Shown: one piece after another, positions 1-6,091 of the stretch
Layout of the letters: every line of letters starts with the position of its first letter
Position numbering within the stretch: the first letter of the stretch is position 1
From: a virus
Direction: 5' to 3' (one strand)
Virus record (IMG/VR): IMGVR_UViG_3300045988_153050
Coordinates: 1-35,601 of that record
DNA length: 35,601 nt
Made by a program: the position numbers and the translations under genes
Notes under the pieces: generated by a model
What the model saw: the letters and a program-made list of their open reading frames with translations, nothing else
What the model was told of the DNA's origin: nothing
Databases searched by the model: none

Positions 1-119
1 GCGCCTACAACAAGGCAAACGTGCTACCGGATGACGTGTGCAACGATCTAGGCATTGACCCGACAACATCCGAGCCGAAGGACGCATTTCGGGCGAACGT
101 GGAGTATACCAAAAAAAGC
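1..119. repeat. Terminal overlap copy 1 (identical to 35483-35601)
   Basis: Direct comparison of both ends shows the same 119 nt (gcgcctacaacaaggc...aaaaaaagc). Confidence 0.95.
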
Positions 120-164
120 AAAGAGGCTACATTTCAGAGACTAATGACGGGGAGGTTCATCTAA
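1..164 (+). CDS. C-terminal part of the junction-spanning tail-fibre-region protein (starts at 35368; 92 aa in the circular molecule)
   Basis: The frame from 35368 continues through the repeat to a TAA at 162-164. TAATG overlap with the next gene. Confidence 0.7.
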   Translation, partial: AYNKANVLPDDVCNDLGIDPTTSEPKDAFRANVEYTKKSKEATFQRLMTGRFI

Positions 165-976
165 TGGGAATGGTAATTTTCGAGGAAAGCGGCGTGTTCA
201 ACCCTGCAACGTATGGCCTGAAAGCTGGTGACGTGATTCAGGGCGTCTGCGTCGGTGGCGGTGGTGGCGGCGGTGCCGGGTCCGTCTCAATCTATAATAG
301 CGGTGCAGGTGACGGGGGAAACGCAGGACGGGCATCGGGCAGAGGCGGCGGTGGTGGCGGCGGATACGGGGCCGGTGGCGGCGGTGGTACCGGAGTGTGC
401 GCGCAAGGTGGTGGAGGGGGCGGTAGTGGGTACATTAAATTTTTTTCTGTTCCTCTTCCGTCTTCCGATACTCTTGCTGTCACGGTGGGCGCGGCTGGTG
501 TCGGCGGGTCTGGACAGATTTCAACTGATTCGAGTATTAATTACGGAAATTCGGGTACCTCTGGCGGAACTAGCTCCGTCGGGAATTTAGTCTCTGCCGC
601 TGGTGGTGCCGGGGGGTCTGGATACGGTTCCGGCGGGGCTGGCTACAGTAGAGGCGGAAACGGGACAGCCTCCTGGTCGTGGAGCTCTAGTGTGCAAAAT
701 GATGGGGCCGGCGGAGGCGGCGCAGGTGGATATGTTATCGGAAGCCCGGTAATCGGTGGGTCTGGCGGAAACGGGATGCCGGTTTCTGTTGACTCTTCCG
801 TCCCGATGATGCACCCCCAAACGTGCGACGGTCGGGGAAATGGAGGGGCAGGTGCCGTTGTACTCGGAGGTAGCTCGGTTTACCCGTTGTTTGGCCTTGG
901 TGCTGGTGCGGGTGGTAACAGCGGGCAAGACGGTTCCTCTGGCAAGGGTTCCGGTGTCGTAGTCATCACCTGGTAA
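164..976 (+). CDS. Glycine-rich tail-fibre-associated protein (270 aa)
   Basis: Long poly-Gly and GxG tracts, C-terminal GVVVITW. It sits in the fibre cluster and is translationally coupled upstream. Confidence 0.7.
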   Translation: MGMVIFEESGVFNPATYGLKAGDVIQGVCVGGGGGGGAGSVSIYNSGAGDGGNAGRASGRGGGGGGGYGAGGGGGTGVCAQGGGGGGSGYIKFFSVPLPSSDTLAVTVGAAGVGGSGQISTDSSINYGNSGTSGGTSSVGNLVSAAGGAGGSGYGSGGAGYSRGGNGTASWSWSSSVQNDGAGGGGAGGYVIGSPVIGGSGGNGMPVSVDSSVPMMHPQTCDGRGNGGAGAVVLGGSSVYPLFGLGAGAGGNSGQDGSSGKGSGVVVITW

Positions 977-1004
977 CGCCACCTAGAAAGGAGACTATCT
1001 ATCA

Positions 1005-1298
1005 ATGTATATCTTACTCTCAGAATCTAATTATGTCGCGGAACTTATTCCAGACGAAGACCCCATTTTTCCGGGTATCCCCATCGAGCAACGCTACGCC
1101 CCCGATTTCGTGGTGAAACTGCTGCACGTTGCAGACGATACAGCAGTAAAACAGAATCAGGTGTATGACCCTGAGACCGGCACGTTCTCTGACCCGCCCG
1201 TCCCTGAGCCGGTCGAGCCGCCCGTCCCTGAGCCGGGGTATATCTCTACCGCCGACTTAGACGCGGCATACGTGGAAGGGGTGAACGGCGTTGACTGA
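1005..1298 (+). CDS. Hypothetical protein with a Pro/Glu-rich linker (VPEPVEPPVPEP)
   Basis: ORF with a GGAG RBS (aaaggagac) upstream, located between the fibre and lysis genes. Confidence 0.6.
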   Translation: MYILLSESNYVAELIPDEDPIFPGIPIEQRYAPDFVVKLLHVADDTAVKQNQVYDPETGTFSDPPVPEPVEPPVPEPGYISTADLDAAYVEGVNGVD

Positions 1299-1740
1299 AT
1301 CTATTTATTTTACCGCAATGCGCGAGAAGGGCCTTGCAGACGCTAAAGATCTGCAAGGCCGGGCCTCTGGGCTGACTGGTACGGAGTTGTACGCTGAGAC
1401 AGATAAAATCCCGGCCTTTAAGAGCGCCGTAGCCCTGAAAAATATGTCTACCCGTTCCGCCGGGTTTGTCTGTCGTTCCACCGCTGGGCGTGTTGTTGTT
1501 CTGTTGCAGCCCTACGACAGCAGCGTATACACACAGGAGCCGGAAGAGCTACCCGCTCAGTGGGGGTTTAAGTGGTCCACTGACCCCGCGAAAGCCCTGC
1601 CCTTCGTAGCCCTGTCTACCAGCCCCTACGGCATTGGGGACTGTTGTACCTACTCCGGCAAGACCTACCGGTCAAAAATTGCCAATAACGTCTATGCCCC
1701 GGATGCCTACCCCGCCGGGTGGGAAGAGGTACAGACCTAA
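1291..1740 (+). CDS. Hypothetical protein with a C-terminal CBM5/12-like carbohydrate-binding motif
   Basis: The C-terminus reads YSGKTYRSKIANNVYAPDAYPAGWEEV, an aromatic-rich pattern like chitin-binding CBM5/12. Overlaps the upstream stop. Confidence 0.5.
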   Translation: MTESIYFTAMREKGLADAKDLQGRASGLTGTELYAETDKIPAFKSAVALKNMSTRSAGFVCRSTAGRVVVLLQPYDSSVYTQEPEELPAQWGFKWSTDPAKALPFVALSTSPYGIGDCCTYSGKTYRSKIANNVYAPDAYPAGWEEVQT

Positions 1741-1770
1741 CACAGAACATTAGATAGAGAGGTATTCCGT

Positions 1771-2091
1771 TTGGATATTACCGCACAAATCATTGTAGCC
1801 GCGTTCGGCGGCGGTGGGCTGTCTGCGATCATCGTAGCCCTGCTAAACCGGTATTGGACAAAGAAGGACAGGGAGGATGACCGCTTAACCGCGTTAGTAA
1901 GCGCCCAGAAAATTATGATGGTTGACCGTGTGCGCTATTTGGGGCAGTGTTATATCAATAAGGGCAGTATTAGTCTTGCAGACAAAGAAACCTTACTTGA
2001 AATGCACAAAAATTACAAGGCTCTGGGTGGTAACGGCCACCTTGACACTGTAATTTCTGAAATCGAAGAACTTCCGATAGATAGGAGGTAA
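1771..2091 (+). CDS. Membrane-anchored lysis-cassette protein (one N-terminal TM helix)
   Basis: TTG start with a GAGAGG RBS. Hydrophobic N-terminus IIVAAFGGGGLSAIIVALL. Located immediately upstream of the holin. Confidence 0.5.
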   Translation: MDITAQIIVAAFGGGGLSAIIVALLNRYWTKKDREDDRLTALVSAQKIMMVDRVRYLGQCYINKGSISLADKETLLEMHKNYKALGGNGHLDTVISEIEELPIDRR

Positions 2092-2096
2092 TACCT

Positions 2097-2303
2097 ATGA
2101 TTAACAAGGTTTGGTTAAAAGCTGCGCTTGTTCGGGCTGTGCGGACTATGGCACAGACTGCAATCGCCTGCATCGGCTCGTCTGTGGTGCTGTCCGCCGT
2201 AGACTGGCCCGTTGTACTGTCTGCAACGGTGTTGTCCGGTATCATTTCCCTGCTTACCAGTATCAACGGCCTACCAGAGGTGAAACAGTATGAGCAACAG
2301 TAA
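2097..2303 (+). CDS. Holin (68 aa, two TM segments)
   Basis: Small protein with two hydrophobic helices and a charged C-terminus. Directly precedes and overlaps the endolysin gene. Confidence 0.7.
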   Translation: MINKVWLKAALVRAVRTMAQTAIACIGSSVVLSAVDWPVVLSATVLSGIISLLTSINGLPEVKQYEQQ

Positions 2304-3075
2304 ACTCGTAACCTATACCAGAATCTCCCCGAACAGAACCAGCCCCCGGAACGGCGCTATCCGGGGCGTGGCTATCCACTGCACCGCAGGCGGACGGAAC
2401 AAGACGGCACGGGCCACGGCGGACTTGGGCCGGTTTACCACCTATGATCGGAAAAATGGTGCGTCCTGCAACTACGCTGTCGGCGGGGACGGGTCCATTG
2501 CGTTAGTCGTGCCGGAATCAGATCGGGCATGGTGTACGTCAAACCCGATTGACCATCAAATAGTATCTATTGAGGTGGCAAGCGACATTGACGCACCGAA
2601 CCGGGTAACCGACGCCGCCCTGTCCGCCCTGCTCGACCTGCTGACCGATATTTGCCGCCGGAACGGTATCCCGGCCCTGCTGTGGCTGGGTAGCAAAACC
2701 TACATGGGGCAATGGGACCGGCAGAACATGGTGGTACACCGCTGGACGCGGACAGACAAGGTGTGTCCGGGGGATTACCTGTACAACCTGCATCCGTGGA
2801 TTGCCGGGCAGGTCAACGCCCGCCTTGCGGGCAGAGAGGATGATGATATGGATATTAAGACGATCATCGAACAGCTGACGCCTGAGATGTGCTATGGTAT
2901 CATGGCTGAGGCTATGGCCTATGCGGCCACCTTGCCGGAACCGGAGTGGAGCCAGAGACAAGGACACTGGCAGGCGGCCACGTTGAAAGGTGTCGTTGAC
3001 GGGCAGGAGCCGGAGCGCCCTGTCAAACGGGATGAGCTGGCCGCTGTGCTGGGCCGGTTAGGCCTGCTCAAGTGA
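2290..3075 (+). CDS. Endolysin: N-acetylmuramoyl-L-alanine amidase (Amidase_2/PGRP type) with a C-terminal non-catalytic domain
   Basis: N-terminus ISPNRTSPRNGAIRGVAIHCTAG, plus WCTSNP and VCPG, is typical of amidase_2 endolysins. Located downstream of the holin. Confidence 0.8.
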   Translation: MSNSKLVTYTRISPNRTSPRNGAIRGVAIHCTAGGRNKTARATADLGRFTTYDRKNGASCNYAVGGDGSIALVVPESDRAWCTSNPIDHQIVSIEVASDIDAPNRVTDAALSALLDLLTDICRRNGIPALLWLGSKTYMGQWDRQNMVVHRWTRTDKVCPGDYLYNLHPWIAGQVNARLAGREDDDMDIKTIIEQLTPEMCYGIMAEAMAYAATLPEPEWSQRQGHWQAATLKGVVDGQEPERPVKRDELAAVLGRLGLLK

Positions 3076-3089
3076 GGCCTTGCTTTTTT
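3060..3089 (+). terminator. Weak hairpin plus T-tract at the end of the lysis operon
   Basis: AGGCCT (3060-3065) pairs with AGGCCT (3075-3080), followed by tgctttttt. Confidence 0.4.
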
Positions 3090-3108
3090 GTCCCCCGTGT
3101 GGTATCCT
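3080..3108 (+). promoter_or_regulatory. Putative sigma-70-type promoter of the repeat-like small RNA
   Basis: TTGCTT (3080-3085), a 17-nt spacer ending in TGg, then TATCCT (3103-3108). Confidence 0.45.
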
Positions 3109-3114
3109 TAGCCT

Positions 3115-3143
3115 GTCTCCCGGAAACGGGTGCGGATTGAAAC
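3115..3143 (+). repeat. Solitary CRISPR-repeat-like unit (type I-C-like)
   Basis: Sequence GTCTCCCGGAAACGGGTGCGGATTGAAAC. It has a 5' GTC, a CCCG/CGGG stem with a GAAA loop, and a 3' GGATTGAAAC as in the I-C repeat consensus recalled from memory. Single copy; no cas genes in the window. Confidence 0.5.
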
Positions 3144-3168
3144 ATTTTGAAGAACGCTGTTAAGCTAA

Positions 3169-3211
3169 CCCCCTTGGTGCTTTTTGTAGTACCGAGGGGG
3201 CGCTTCTTTTT
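3169..3211 (+). terminator. Rho-independent terminator
   Basis: CCCCCTTGGT (3169-3178) pairs with ACCGAGGGGG (3191-3200), a 10-bp stem with one G-U pair, followed by cgcttcttttt. Confidence 0.75.
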
Positions 3212-3470
3212 AACTGTTCAAAAACTCGACGAGATTAAAAATCTCCACGTTGTCCCAATCCTCATTGGGTGCATTTCCGCTTTCTTGGCTTTCCTTCTCT
3301 TTATTCAGGAGCCAGTACAGCTTTTCTTCCCCTGTTTCCGGACTTAGCAGGCCGTTAAGCCCCGGATATTTAGCCTGATACATGGGGTTCTCGGTTTCTT
3401 CTTCGCCAAATGGCACGGCGTTCAAATAGCTTCTTTCGCCGATTTCGGTCTCATATACCTTGATTTTCAT
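3210..3470 (-). CDS. Small, strongly acidic hypothetical protein (86 aa)
   Basis: AGGAGGG RBS. Many Glu/Asp and few basic residues. Second gene of the leftward cassette-driven operon. Confidence 0.65.
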   Translation of the reverse strand: MKIKVYETEIGERSYLNAVPFGEEETENPMYQAKYPGLNGLLSPETGEEKLYWLLNKEKESQESGNAPNEDWDNVEIFNLVEFLNS

Positions 3471-3484
3471 TGTATTCCCTCCTG

Positions 3485-3781
3485 TCAGGCAGCGACAAAC
3501 TCGCCGCTCAAGTTGTCCACGAAGCCCAGCTTGATCTCACGCTTGAGGTTCCATTTGTTGGTGTAGATGCGAGTAGCTACATAAGTACGATTTTTGCCGC
3601 CCTTAGCCCAGTTGTTGGCGGTTACACGGTAGTTCCAGCCGGAATCCTCACCGATAACCTCAGCCTCATTCACGGCCTTGGCCAGTGCCCAGGAAGCCCG
3701 AAGAGCGGTGCTCATGTCAACGTGGGCAGTGCGGCGGATGTTCCAAGCGTTTCTCATAATCTCGGACTTGTTGTACTTCAT
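3485..3781 (-). CDS. Hypothetical protein (98 aa; start refined to MKYNKSEIMRNAW)
   Basis: The ATG at 3781 is preceded by the conserved leader GGAAAGGAAGATCACC. The longer ORF-track start would run through the promoter. Confidence 0.65.
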   Translation of the reverse strand: MKYNKSEIMRNAWNIRRTAHVDMSTALRASWALAKAVNEAEVIGEDSGWNYRVTANNWAKGGKNRTYVATRIYTNKWNLKREIKLGFVDNLSGEFVAA

Positions 3782-3893
3782 GGTGATCTTCCTTTCCGCC
3801 CTCTGGGCTGTCCGTTCCTTTACTGTGATTACATTGTACACCTGTTTGTACAATAATGCAATAGGCAAAGCGTACAAATAAGAGTACGGTAAT
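3782..3893 (-). promoter_or_regulatory. Promoter, operator and leader cassette, copy a (leftward)
   Basis: On the minus strand: TTGCAT (3856-3861), 17 nt, TACAAT (3833-3838). The spacer carries TTGTACAA and there are upstream GTAC..TTGTAC half-sites. The leader has a GCCC/GGGC hairpin and an AAAGGAA RBS. Near-identical to copies b and c. Confidence 0.7.
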
Positions 3894-3929
3894 TTAGGCA
3901 CAACGCCAATAACTTGACAGTCCGGGTGC

Positions 3930-3958
3930 TTGACGATTCGAGCGCCTTATACTATAAT
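3930..3958 (+). promoter_or_regulatory. Near-consensus sigma-70 promoter of the orphan small RNA
   Basis: TTGACG (3930-3935), exactly 17 nt, TATAAT (3953-3958). Confidence 0.7.
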
Positions 3959-3964
3959 AAAAGA

Positions 3965-4040
3965 CGGAACGTACCACTCGAAAATTCCGCTTTCAAACAA
4001 AAGAAAACCCACCGGATTTAGCCGGTGGGTTTTTTCTTTT
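3965..4040 (+). ncRNA. Orphan small RNA of about 70-75 nt (two stem-loops)
   Basis: The predicted start lies a few nt after the -10. First hairpin is CGGAA (3965-3969) with TTCCG (3986-3990), then an A-rich linker and a terminator hairpin. There is no ATG or RBS. Confidence 0.55.
4004..4040 (+). terminator. Rho-independent terminator (A-tract upstream, so potentially bidirectional)
   Basis: CCCACCGG (4008-4015) pairs with CCGGTGGG (4022-4029), followed by tttttt ctttt. Confidence 0.8.
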
Positions 4041-4054
4041 CAGGTTGCACAAAG

Positions 4055-4166
4055 TGTTGTACTTGTTTTTGTACAGTCTGCCTATTGCGTTATTGTACAA
4101 ACTGGTATACAATAAAGGCACAGTAAAGGAAACAGACAGCCCGACAGGGTAGAAAGGAAGATAACC
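4055..4166 (+). promoter_or_regulatory. Promoter, operator and leader cassette, copy b (rightward)
   Basis: TTGCGT (4085-4090), 17 nt, TACAAT (4108-4113). TTGTACAA in the spacer and an upstream TTGTAC..TTGTACA. The leader is as in copies a and c. Confidence 0.7.
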
Positions 4167-4490
4167 ATGAAAAAGACTATTAACGGAAAAACATACAACA
4201 CAGAAACGGCTAGAGAGTTGGCCTGTTGGACGAACACCATCCACAGCAGGAATTTTGATCACTACACGGAGACACTGTACCAGCGTCGTGATGGTAGCTT
4301 GTTTATCCACGGTATCGGGGGGCCGGACAGCAAGTACGCAGTGCGGGTAGGAAACGGTTACTCCGGCGGCCAGGACCTCCGTCCAGTATCTAAGGCGGAA
4401 GCCATTGCATCCGTGCGGGAGTATGCAAACACCAGTGAAATCCCGTCAATCCTGGAAGAAATCGAGGGCACAGAGGCGGTGAACGAATGA
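4167..4490 (+). CDS. Hypothetical protein (107 aa), first gene of the acr-aca-like operon
   Basis: ATG directly after the conserved leader. No motif recognised. ATGA overlap with the downstream HTH gene. Confidence 0.65.
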   Translation: MKKTINGKTYNTETARELACWTNTIHSRNFDHYTETLYQRRDGSLFIHGIGGPDSKYAVRVGNGYSGGQDLRPVSKAEAIASVREYANTSEIPSILEEIEGTEAVNE

Positions 4491-4699
4491 TTACCTACAA
4501 CGGATTCAAGGCGAAGCTCGAAGAGCGAGGGGCCAAATACCGGCTGAGAAAAGCCGGTATCAGCCCGACCATCATAGCAAAAGCGTTGAACGGCACAGGC
4601 GGGTTTGAGACCGTGACCATCGACAAACTCTGTAAACTGCTGGGCTGTCAGCCCGGTGACCTAATGGAATATGTGGACGAAGAAGAGGCCGGGGAGTAA
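4487..4699 (+). CDS. Small HTH DNA-binding protein (XRE/Cro-like, 70 aa); candidate regulator of the TTGTACAA cassettes
   Basis: AGISPTIIAKALNGTGGFETVTIDKLCKLLGCQPGDL fits a helix-turn-helix followed by the LCxxLxCxxxDL tail typical of short XRE proteins. Confidence 0.7.
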   Translation: MITYNGFKAKLEERGAKYRLRKAGISPTIIAKALNGTGGFETVTIDKLCKLLGCQPGDLMEYVDEEEAGE

Positions 4700-4719
4700 T
4701 CCCCGGCCTTTGGCTTTTT
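4686..4719. terminator. Terminator shared by convergent genes
   Basis: AGGCCGGGG (4686-4694) pairs with CCCCGGCCT (4701-4709), followed by ttggcttttta. Confidence 0.7.
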
Positions 4720-5071
4720 ATTTCTCTGTACCTGCTTCCCAGTTCAGTGCCATTTGTGCGATTTCCCGCTGTTCGTTTCCGATAGCCCACAAGATACACA
4801 GGTAGTTTATCGTATCCTTACACTTCTCCAGAAAATCCTCTCGATCATCAAACCGGTTGAGAATCACCATATCGTGTAGGGCTACGAGATGTTTAGCCAT
4901 ATAGCCCCAGCAGGTTTGTGCCGTGGTATCCCCGGTAAACGCTGCGCCCTCCCGGAAATTGTGGAGTGCATCACCCGAATAGCCCGCGTATTTCGCATTT
5001 TTCGCGGCCAGCGTGTCGATGCTGGCGGTTCTGAGTTCGTCCACCAGGGAGTTAAATTTTTTGTTGTCCAT
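4718..5071 (-). CDS. All-alpha NTP-pyrophosphohydrolase-like protein (MazG/DUF1599-like), tentative
   Basis: AGGAGG RBS. Pattern KNAKYAG..GDALHNF..G....W.YMAKHL...DTINYL resembles phage MazG-like or DUF1599 families, recalled from memory. Confidence 0.4.
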   Translation of the reverse strand: MDNKKFNSLVDELRTASIDTLAAKNAKYAGYSGDALHNFREGAAFTGDTTAQTCWGYMAKHLVALHDMVILNRFDDREDFLEKCKDTINYLCILWAIGNEQREIAQMALNWEAGTEK

Positions 5072-5084
5072 GCCGTACCTCCTA

Positions 5085-5417
5085 TTACATATAATCTACT
5101 GCCACATAACCAATGCTATCCACCAGCCCTTTAATGTCCTTCCAGCGTGTGCGGGGCTGACTGAATAGCGCACGGATTTTCTCCACAGTGTCATAGATTT
5201 CCCGGAACGCTCCGGAGTTCAGCCCCAATTCCTCCATCATATAGTCTACGTCTGCCTGTACCATCTCCCGCTCCTGGGCGGATTTCTCTCCCAACTGCAC
5301 ATAAAAGCGGCGGAAATAGTCTGCTGCATCGTCCCCCATGCACTCACGGAGTAGTACCTCAAAATCTTCCGGGCGGTACACCGTGCGTACCCATCCGTTA
5401 ATAGTCAACAGCTCCAC
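5085..5417 (-). CDS. Hypothetical protein (110 aa, GTG start)
   Basis: ORF with a GGAGG RBS (caggaggtgtgagct GTG), within the leftward operon. Confidence 0.55.
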   Translation of the reverse strand: MELLTINGWVRTVYRPEDFEVLLRECMGDDAADYFRRFYVQLGEKSAQEREMVQADVDYMMEELGLNSGAFREIYDTVEKIRALFSQPRTRWKDIKGLVDSIGYVAVDYM

Positions 5418-5420
5418 AGC

Positions 5421-5561
5421 TCACACCTCCTGTGTCCGCCGCTCCCGGCGGGCTTTCCAGTCGCAGACGGGGCAGATATACACCCGTTCACCTGGTTCCA
5501 GCGCAGACACGTTCCAGCGCTGGCCACATTTACGGCACAGCCGATACCTAGCGCCTTGCAT
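5421..5561 (-). CDS. Small zinc-ribbon protein (46 aa; not in the ORF track)
   Basis: Manual translation gives MQGARYRLCRKCGQRWNVSALEPGERVYICPVCDWKARRERRTQEV, with CxxC...CxxC. TAATG overlap with the dcd stop. Confidence 0.55.
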   Translation of the reverse strand: MQGARYRLCRKCGQRWNVSALEPGERVYICPVCDWKARRERRTQEV

Positions 5562-6091
5562 TAGTCCAGCCCCCATTCTCGATCTCGATACGCCCGGCTT
5601 GCGGTTGCACCTGCCTGGTTTTGGTATTTCCCGGCGTACTGTTGCAGTACCTCTCCATCCGGGCGGTAGAACGACAGCTGCCCGATACGCATACCGGCGT
5701 ACACTCGCACGGGCTGGACTACTGCCAACTCTAACGTCCAGCGGCCCCGGAAGCCCACGTCCCCGAATCCGGCGGTAATGTGGCTAAACAGCCCCAACCG
5801 CCCCATGCTCGACCGGCCCTCATACATAGGGATTAACTCGTGACACTCCGTATGCTCCACCGTAGCGCCCAGGTACAGCGTTCCGGGTTGGAGTACAAGC
5901 CCCTCATCCGGGATACGGAACGATCTGCCCCGGTTCTCCCGGCGGGTATCAAGCACCGGCTCCCGGTAGACAAACATGTCGGGGGCAAGGTGTACGTCGT
6001 AGCTGTTCGGGCCGATACAGGCCTGGTCAAACGGCTCGATCACGAGCCGTTTAGCCTCCACCTGCAATCTAATTTCGTTCCCTGTGAGCAT
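5561..6091 (-). CDS. dcd: dCTP deaminase (dUTPase superfamily)
   Basis: N-terminus MLTGNEI...IEPF....IGPNSYDVHL and GRSSMGRLGLFSH.TAGFGDVGFRG.WTLEL match Dcd signatures. Confidence 0.85.
   Translation of the reverse strand: MLTGNEIRLQVEAKRLVIEPFDQACIGPNSYDVHLAPDMFVYREPVLDTRRENRGRSFRIPDEGLVLQPGTLYLGATVEHTECHELIPMYEGRSSMGRLGLFSHITAGFGDVGFRGRWTLELAVVQPVRVYAGMRIGQLSFYRPDGEVLQQYAGKYQNQAGATASRAYRDREWGLD

Larger units (their letters stand above)
3115..3211 (+). ncRNA. Candidate small RNA of about 100 nt: repeat-like unit, 25 nt of unique sequence, terminator hairpin
   Basis: Bounded by the promoter at 3080-3108 and the terminator at 3169-3211. There is no plausible ORF with an RBS. Confidence 0.45.

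Noticed and set aside
1-119. The terminal repeat as a physical direct terminal repeat or an LTR-like element
   Set aside because: It lies within a continuous coding frame in the tail-fibre cluster, far from the packaging genes. An assembly overlap of a circular or circularly permuted molecule is the simpler explanation.
255-982. ORFs 255-590 (+), 292-483 (-) and 587-982 (-), including a proline-rich frame
   Set aside because: These are alternative or antisense frames of the GGN-repeat glycine-rich gene. Poly-Pro and poly-Ala/Val strings are the expected shadow of poly-Gly codons, and no RBS is present.
3147-4310. ORFs 3147-3347 (+), 3470-3856 (+), 3678-3881 (+), 3930-4115 (+) and 3993-4310 (-)
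   Set aside because: They run through promoters, terminator hairpins and the antisense strands of better-supported genes. They lack RBSs. ORF 3930-4115 starts inside the -35 box of the sRNA promoter.
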